The notes under the pieces were generated by a model, which saw only the letters and a program-made list of their open reading frames with translations, had not been told where the DNA came from and searched no databases. The position numbers were made by a program, and so were the translations under genes. A stretch of 56,055 nucleotides of DNA, counting the filler, from Catajapyx aquilonaris (taxonomy: Eukaryota), in NCBI GenBank assembly GCA_000934665.2. It is 4 parts of 4 records of this genome, joined end to end, with 100 filler letters (N's around TTAATTAATTAA, not from the genome) between each part and the next. Parts side by side here need not be neighbours in the genome. Positions count along the whole stretch, not along the records: positions 42,130 to 56,055 come from JYFJ02007937.1; 3 more parts are not named here. One strand, 5' to 3'. Positions 48,533 through 56,055 of the stretch are shown in pieces (the stretch's first letter is position 1; each line of letters begins with the position of its first letter).

Positions 48533-48930
48533 CAGTGGAACTTCTATTACTTGAATTAATTAATTAATTAATTAATTTGATACCCCATTATCAGCCTACG
48601 GGCCTTCCTAGAGGGGGAATTCTCCCAATTTTTTTGTCTGGAACTCTTCCATTTTTTTACTATTTTTCTCATCTTCGGAATGAAGCAGGGAAAGGGAAGG
48701 AAGGAAGCGGCTGTGGCCTATATTACGGTAACGACCCCGGAATTATCCTGCAAGGACCATGGGAAACCACAGAAAACCATGGTCAGGGTCGCCGGCCTCC
48801 GGGATTCGAACCCAGGACCTCCCGATTAGCAGTCGGATACCCTATCCACTCCACCACTACTGCTTCGGTTATTACTTGAATTCTTAAGGTCCATCTAAAA
48901 ACTTTGGCTTATGGAAGATTCAAATTACAG
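48533..48930. mobile_element. Tigger-like left end interrupted by SINE family C
   Basis: TA|CAGTGGAACTTCTATTACTTGAATT continues after the SINE as CTTAAGGTCC. Confidence 0.5.
48558..48869 (-). mobile_element. tRNA-derived SINE, family C
   Basis: GGGTTCGAATCCC B box, GGTTTTCTGTGGTTTCCC...GGCCACAGCCGCTTCCTT core, (TAAT)n tail, 13-bp TSD TATTACTTGAATT (48545-48557, 48870-48882). Confidence 0.85.
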
Positions 48931-48937
48931 AATTACC

Positions 48938-49215
48938 AATCGCCAGGTACACTTAATAGTACTCGCAAAACTAATATAGGGATGTGCAAGTAGTTTTGGG
49001 CTCCGGTGGCTTGTTAATGCGTACAGCATCATCAAAGTTTCGTGACGTCACGTCCGTTCCGCCAGCTTCTAAGAAGCAAAAGTCAGTTCGGCCTTGGTCC
49101 CCTAACACATCGGCAATGTTCTAAAGGCGATCAAATCCCATCAGAGTAAGAATCCTGGTACGACACCCATGCACTTTGTCGTTTTTGCCTCATACTCCAC
49201 CATCCGGCCCTCTAC
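48938..49215. mobile_element. Partial copy of the MITE at 52558-52997
   Basis: Shares AAAACTAATATAGGGATGTGCA, TTTCGTGACGTCAC, GGCCTTGGTCCCCTAAC, TCAGAGTAAGAATCC. Confidence 0.75.
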
Positions 49216-51042
49216 ACAGGGCGGCGTTCTTTCACCTTTCTTTCAACACTGTGTAATGTTAAATACACAAACAAGGTCTCCTTATTGTTTTGTCACCTCA
49301 GTTTAGGACAAATTCATGATATAGCTCTGGTGACACATGTACATGTCATTTGCTTGTAATTTAATAATATTGCTGTCACCAACGAGGCACTTGCCTCTCC
49401 CACTTGCTGTTCAGACCTCTTTTTACCAATTAGGCAGTGCTCAGAAAAAACCTATCATTCTGGCACAATCTTTGCTATGCAATCTGAAAAATGTGTAAAG
49501 TTCAGGGTAAAGTATGTCAGCAGCTCGAGTTGAGATGTAGAAATTTGACATAGGGTTAAGTAAGGCCTATTATTTTACAATGTGGTCAACAATGCTGTAT
49601 TTGTTTTTCAACTTACAGAGAACTCCAACTTATGGATGTTTGAGTTGTAGAAGTTTCGCACTATTTACAAAGCTCCATGTGTTATTTATTTAGAATAGCC
49701 ACATTTCAAGAGCGGTTAATAATAATAATAATTGGATATCTCCTTTATTCTGGATGAGACACTGCATAAGCACAACAACTAATAAAATAAATAATTCAGT
49801 TCAGTTGATGTACACCCAACATTGATGATAAGTAAAATGGGAATAATGCACAATGAGAATGGTTTTAGTTTTCATTGTTTGTAGGGACTTCCTTATACTG
49901 TATAGTAGAAATTGACAATGCATAGTGAAGTCACCTTCTGAGATCAAGTACATGGCATAAGAATGTCAAGTTATGAAACCTTGCAATAACTAGGTTATTG
50001 TAGTATTACATTTCTACATTAATTATTATAGCAATAAACTGAAATAATTAATAAGTTACACTTTGGTACACTAGTTCATGGGAAAGTTCCATTACAATAA
50101 GTGGGTAGTACTACTGGCCAAATACATGTAATATTGAAGACACTTGTTCCTCTTTATTATCATGTGAGTGGCACCACCTGTGTCACATGCAGCAAGCGAG
50201 TAATGTGCTGCAGGTAGTGGATACTCCCAGAAAATATATAAGAATGAGTGTTCACAAGTATTTTTGGCAAGTGGTTCATTTCTTTTTGACAATGTAGGCC
50301 TTTGAGCTATGCATGGGAAAGTTCTTTATTGAAAAGCACATCTGTAGCATTTTATATCATGCTGAAATTCTTCAGCATGAGCAGCTATTATTCACATGAA
50401 TGTTACTGTCTGCTGCTACTGAATCACCCAATAATATTGACTCACATTTGTGTTGTAACAGGATTTCAGTTTCCCAGCAGGACAACAAAAATGTTATCAG
50501 ATGAAAACTGAATGTGTCATTTCTTGTGTACTCCCCTCTTTTGTAAGTGCTAAAGAAGTTTAGTGAATTCGTTATTAGAAAGGTTAGAATGCCTAACTGA
50601 TTGGACCTAACTTGGTGGAAAGTCAAAAGGCCAGAAGCTCATTTTGTGAGACTGTCTTGTGATGAATGGACTGGCTGTCATGATTACATGACAGTCACCT
50701 AGAAATTGATAGTAGTCATTAATTCTGTGGGTTTATGAGGCACAGTGTAGGGTGTTTGTCTCATGGCTAAGGATTTATAGAAGATTGTCACAGATGTGCA
50801 GTTTACAGACTGTTTATGTAAGGAGGAAACTGTTGCCAGAAGATCATAACCATGAAGTTGATGCATTACATAGGCACTTATTTGTGGCTCCAAGGCCAAT
50901 CTGTGGAGTAATTATAAACATAGCCGTAATTTGTCTCCTCCAGATGAGCAAATGGTTAACGTGAGTGACAGATTGTGACACAGTGATTCAGGTCCTTGTG
51001 TCATTGCGCATATGAACCATCCTTTTAAAAATCACTCTACAG

Positions 51043-51248
51043 GAACCAGGCTGAGATGGCTCACACTTGTCGAGGCAGCATTAGTCTCCATGGAGCTGTG
51101 ATCCACACAGAGGACTCATGCAACTTTGTCATCTCCAATGGAGGGACCCAGACTTTTCATCTGAAGGCTTCCTCAGAGGTGGAAAGGCAGCGATGGGTCA
51201 CTGCACTTGAGCTGGCAAAGGTCAAAGCTATTCGGGCCATGGAATCAG
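51043..51248 (+). CDS. OSBP: Oxysterol-binding protein, exon 2 (PH domain)
   Basis: TACAG| acceptor; NQAEMAHTCRGSISLHGAVIHTEDSCNFVISNGGTQTFHLKASSEVERQRWVTALELAK; G|GTTGGT donor. Confidence 0.93.
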
Positions 51249-51800
51249 GTTGGTTTTGGTTTTTTCTAATCTGTTATCTTGTTTGGTTGGGGAGGGGAGG
51301 GGGCTGGGGAAGAGGGATTAAGAGGATCGCAGGAGCTGTCCAAATGGAAGCAGTGATCAAACTTACATTAGAGAAAACAGTGCTGTGACTTTGTGACCTG
51401 GTTACCAGAAAATTGTACACTTTGCCCTTTGTGGACGTGTCCTTGTGCCTGCTATGATTCGCGATCATTTCCTCCTCCTTTTTCCTGCAAAACTGAGCTT
51501 TTGGTAAGATAGTGGCTAACCCACGTCCTTTGAAAAAAACAAACATAAAGTGAGAGTGCTGAAAAGCTGTAGGAAACCACAATCATTGCTGGCCAAGCAC
51601 CAAGTAGTAGCAATGAGAACATGAGCACGCTACTGTAGAGTGGTGTTACTGTACTGGTAATTTGACACAAGTTGATATTTTCTTTTGGCTTGCACCTCAT
51701 GCATGTTTTTCCCCCCCTGGAATCTGCGTCTGTCCTTTGGACCTGCCCTCTCCCTTCTCCCTCCCATCTTCCCTTCATTTATGTTTGGTGGGCTGATCAG

Positions 51801-52048
51801 AGGATGAAGAGATGGAAGACCCAATCCAGGCAGACAAGAATGAGCTGCAGGGCATTATGAAGGTGTTGGGGTCCAAGCTGGAAGACCTTCAGACCTGCAC
51901 TGACCTGATTGTGAAGCATGGGACTGCCCTGCAGAGGTCACTCTCAGAGTTGGAGAGTTTGGATGATGCTCATGAGGCTGCCACCAAGATTAAGGCTGTC
52001 AATGAGAGGGCTACTCTCTTCAGGATCACAGCAACAGCCATGATTAAC
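51801..52048 (+). CDS. OSBP: Oxysterol-binding protein, exon 3 (coiled coil)
   Basis: KLEDLQTCTDLIVKHGTALQRSLSELE...KAVNERATLFRITATAMIN; AAC|GTAAGA donor. Confidence 0.92.
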
Positions 52049-52557
52049 GTAAGATATGTTAATAGACATGACCACCTTTTATAAGTCAACAGACCTCCTA
52101 GAATGCCATTCTGGGACCTCCCACATTTCAAATTTTTATGGAGATACCCTCCTGCAACAATAGGAGTAAACAGTGTCCTTTTGTTGGCACAGTTGACTCC
52201 TTTCATTGCATGAGGGCATCTCCACGGAAATTTGAAGAGTGAGAGGGTCCAGGATGTTTGTTGACTATTCTGTTTAACCCACCTAAAGAAAAGCGTACAG
52301 TACCTTGGTATCATAAATGATTTTAAACTTTGGTCATGTCAACACAATGCAATGTTACAGTTTTCCTTTTATGTCTCAAATGCAAGTAATTAACTTGGAG
52401 CAGTGAATTACTTGCCTTGCAGGGGTGAAGATTATGTCACAAGCATACAGTAATAAGTGTTTTTCAAAGTACTGCAGTTCAGGGGAAGAGGAAAAAAATG
52501 CCAAAAATTTCCATGTCAGAATGAGGTGCTTCAGTAGGCCTACTGCATCTTTCTATA

Positions 52558-52997
52558 CAGGGTGAAGGGAAACTCGTGGACAATTGCCAGGTAGAGTTAT
52601 AGTACTTGTAAAACTAATATAGGGATGTGCAGTTAGTTTTGGGTGCTGTTGCATAGTTAACGCATACAGCGGCTTTAAAGTTTCGTGACGTCACATCCGC
52701 TCCTCCAGTTTCAAAGAAGTAAAAGTCAGCTTGAGGGACTCCAAATAATCCGGCCTTGGTCCCCTAACGCATCATGTGCAATAGGTGATCAAATCCCGTC
52801 AGAGTAAGAATCCGGGTGCAACACCGGTGCACTTTGTCGTTTTTACCTCATGTTTTAGCATCTGGCCCTCGACACTTGAAGGCTGCCATATGCATTAACT
52901 ACACAACAGAGTCAAAAACTAATAGCACATCCCTATGTTAGTTTTACGAGTACTATCAGGCTACCTGGCGATTGTCCGCGAGTTTCCCTTCACCCTG
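52558..52997. mobile_element. Tc1/mariner-type MITE
   Basis: TA|CAGGGTGAAGGGAAACTCG ... CGAGTTTCCCTTCACCCTG; TIR extends over 70 bp. Confidence 0.85.
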
Positions 52998-53316
52998 AAT
53001 AGGAGATCTTTGAACTTGTAGGAGTCAAGGTCCAGTTGAATGCTAAAGAATATTCATAGGATAATCATACATACTAGTCTCCTGGGGCATGTTTGGTTCC
53101 CTGGTGATTAGAATGTTTGCTTGTTGTTGCGCAGGAAGATAATAAATAGTGCTGCCAACATAAGCAGTTGTAACATGGGAAGATATGAAATGGGAAGATA
53201 TATTCTGGAATGAGAATATCTGAAAAAATAATCAGGTTTTAAAATTGAGGTGCAGTTAGCATTTCCCTGTGGCGTGATATTTTTATTATGTTATTCACAT
53301 GTGTGTCTGGTTGCAG

Positions 53317-53485
53317 GCTTGCTCGGACTACCTGAACTTGGCACAGTGCCAGGGTCGCAAGTGGCTGAGGGTGTTGCAGCATGAACATGACCAGAGAATG
53401 AGGCTGGAGGAGATGGTGGAGCAGCTGGCCAGGCAACATTCCCATCTGGAAATGGCTGCACAGAAGCATCAGAAGACTACTCACA
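53317..53485 (+). CDS. OSBP: Oxysterol-binding protein, exon 4; gene continues beyond window
   Basis: TTGCAG| acceptor; ACSDYLNLAQCQGRKWLRVLQHEHDQRMRLEEMVEQLARQHSHLE; probable A|GTGCGT donor. Confidence 0.9.
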
Positions 53486-53812
53486 GTGCGTCTCTGTCAT
53501 TACTTTACTCTGTCTTTCTCTAGCTCTGTCTCTCTCTCAGGCATGCTTTGATGTGCTCACACTGATTGCTTGGCTCCCTCCTTTCCAACCTATTCCAGTA
53601 CACCATATTTGGTAACCAGGTCACCTGGTCTCTGCTTCATTTTTTAGCTCTCATTACTAAGGGTAGATCTGTTGGAGGGGTTGTACAGCAGTTTAATGGC
53701 AGCCAACAGGTGAGGTTTGATTTGGTGTCAGTTGCATTTTGCTTTGTAATAGAAGGATGAGTTGCAGGCAGTAATAGGTTAATTATTTAAATTTTTTTTA
53801 GGTAGGTTAACT

Positions 53813-54824
53813 CGAGGGCAAGTCAAAACAAATTGGGACTGATTTTTTATGTGATAAAGAGAGTTAGTTCATGACTTTTCGTGAGTGACATTGTGTCCAG
53901 AATGGCTTGAAGTGTTATAAGTTATCACCAATTTTTGTTGGAATATTCTGAAATCCCAAGCAACAGTGACACAGAAAGTAGGCCTTGGTTTATATTCGCC
54001 TCAGCTCTTCCAGAAGGTTGGCGGAGAGGGCCAATATTCAGTGTTGAGGTTTTGCTTCCGTTTGAAGAAAACAGCCACAGAGGTGTATGACATGCTAAGA
54101 TTGTGAGCAGCAGATACTGGTCACCAGGTGAAGCCACAAGACATTGAAACTCTTCACAAACCTCCACCTGCATCTGCCTCTCCTATGGAGTAAACAACCT
54201 GAGGACTCATTGCATCAAGTGCAAATGCATCATACGTGCAGATGGTCAGTGCAAAATTGCGTGGGCACTACCATGGGAAATACCACATATTCTGGCAAGG
54301 CCATCGACGGATATGCGGAGTTCTTCCTGAACAATCACTGCGCAGGAGGTCCTATGTCAGAACTCTGATGAGAGCCTGCAGACCTGTTGAAAGCTTACTA
54401 CTTTTTATTTTTATTTATTTATTTATTTTATTTATTTCTTATCCCGTGACAGGGCATAGCCCTTTTGAAAGCTTACTACTGACTCACTGAATGCCTAGTA
54501 CCATCGGAATGTTGTGGAACACTTCTTCACCATACAATTCTCTTAGCATGCCGTATGCCTCTATCGCTGTTGTCTTCAAGCAGAAGAAAAACCTGAACAA
54601 TGAATGTTGGTCCTCACTGCCAACCTCCTGGCAGAGGGGAGGCGAATGCAAACCTAGGCTTACTTTCGGTGTCACTGTCACTTGGGATTTTGGAATATTC
54701 AAACAGAAATTGGTGATCTAATACTTCAAGCCATTCTGGACACAATGCCACTCACGAAAAGTCATGAACTAATTCTCTTTATCACTTTAAAAAATCAGTC
54801 CCAATTTGTTTTGACTTATCCTGG
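53813..54824. mobile_element. Mariner-derived element with ~285-bp inverted arms
   Basis: CGAGGGCAAGTCAAAACAAATTGGGACTG start, reverse complement at right followed by TA; arms include HTH relic DQHSLFRFFFCLKTTAIEAYGMLRELYGEEV. Confidence 0.8.
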
Positions 54825-55590
54825 TATGTTGGTTTTATATGGATGTGACTGACAGTCACAGAATAGCAGGGGAAGGTAAAGTAGATTAATTTTGTGTAGT
54901 GAGAGATGAAGACTGGTCTACATTGAAGACCACCTATGTTATACCATAGCATTTCAATAATACTGTAAACAGGGCATTCCTGGACACATGGAGTAATGCT
55001 GAACAAAAAAGGGAAAACTTTTCATATCCTGCTGTGTGCCTCTTTGTAAGAAAATTAGAATAGTTTCAAAGCTAACTTAAGCTACATTTGCATGTGGGAG
55101 ATTGATCGAAGATTTGCATTGCCGGACATGAAATCCTAACGAAAGCAGTCGTTTGGGCCGAAAGTAGCAATCGCGTTTAAGAAGGGACGGCATCGGCGAT
55201 GACATCGCTCAGGTCTTTTTGAAATAGGAGATGGCGATGACACCGCCACACACATGTGGCGTATTCGGGTGGCTGTACTGTGATGACATGTGGTGACAGC
55301 ATGCACAATATATTATACTGTAGAAATGTATCAATTCCTGATGAAGTTTATTCTTACCAGTCTGTTGTAGTGGCCATGTTCCTTTTGGAGCTGCCAGGTT
55401 TCGCGAACCCAGCACCTCCTCCCATTCAGCAGGAGCCTCTTTTTTTTCCAGAGCAAAGCTTACATCAGAAACATAAGCTTCCCCCTCTTCGAGCAGGCAA
55501 TCATGCTGCTAGCCTTTGCCGGCAGTCCTACACCAACTCCCTGGAATCCACAGAGTACCCCTGCCCCACCCCCCATGTTACTTCCCTTAA

Positions 55591-56055
55591 GAGCGCGCTC
55601 TAGGCTACGCTATTCATTGTTGCGGGTAGCCCGTCGCGGGCCGGCCCGTGAGTTTGACACTTCTTCATCTCGCTGTCACGGTCGCAAATAAGGAGGTATC
55701 GGCATGAAACTGGAGTATATGGACGCGAAGGAGTTGCACTTTGAGATGGTGTGCTTATGTTTCTCCTGGGGTGATATTTGCGGCCGCCGCGGCCAGGTAC
55801 AGTTTTTTAGTTTGACCCGCAATTACTCCTTTCCATGTCGGTACCAGTGAAATTCGAGAGCGTCACGAGGTTCCTACGCCGAATTACCATAAGTGTGTGA
55901 AAGGGCACGAGTGTGGCAGTCTTGGTTTTGCCAAACTTTGGGATCGAAAATACCCCCCTCCATGAACAATAACAACTCGCACGAAGAAAGCGACGATCTG
56001 GCAGCGCCGCGCTGACTGCCAGTTCGGTAACCACGGCGACGGCCGGATAAAGTAG
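55591..56055. mobile_element. Start of TTAA-targeting DNA transposon (Sola3-like), runs off window
   Basis: TTAA|GAGCGCGCTCTAGG; inverted relative to 42130-42483. Confidence 0.7.

Noticed and set aside
42130..55944. Composite transposon carrying FTSJ3 and OSBP exons
   Set aside because: Termini with TTAA face the genes and bodies point outward, so these are two insertions.

Overview
Eukaryotic, invertebrate-type (arthropod-like) genomic DNA. The window is four contigs of near-equal length (13,956; 13,935; 13,938; 13,926 bp) joined by identical 100-bp N/TTAATTAATTAA/N spacers, so adjacency across spacers is probably artificial. Contig 1 has an intron-containing Dim1/TXNL4A pseudogene with clustered short insertions, head-to-head (332 bp) with a 3-exon tandem C2H2 zinc-finger gene whose last three fingers are cut off by a frameshift. 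Contig 2 is a nest of DNA transposons/MITEs plus a 2-exon DUF229 (alkaline-phosphatase/sulfatase superfamily) gene with an extra C-terminal domain. Contig 3 holds decayed elements (RTE-headed short retroposon, Sola-type transposase, Ty3/Gypsy relics, LINE). Contig 4 has the last exon of FTSJ3/Spb1 and the first four coding exons of OSBP, with SINEs and MITEs in the introns. No CRISPR, rRNA or convincing tRNA genes. Family assignments are from recalled motifs, not database searches.
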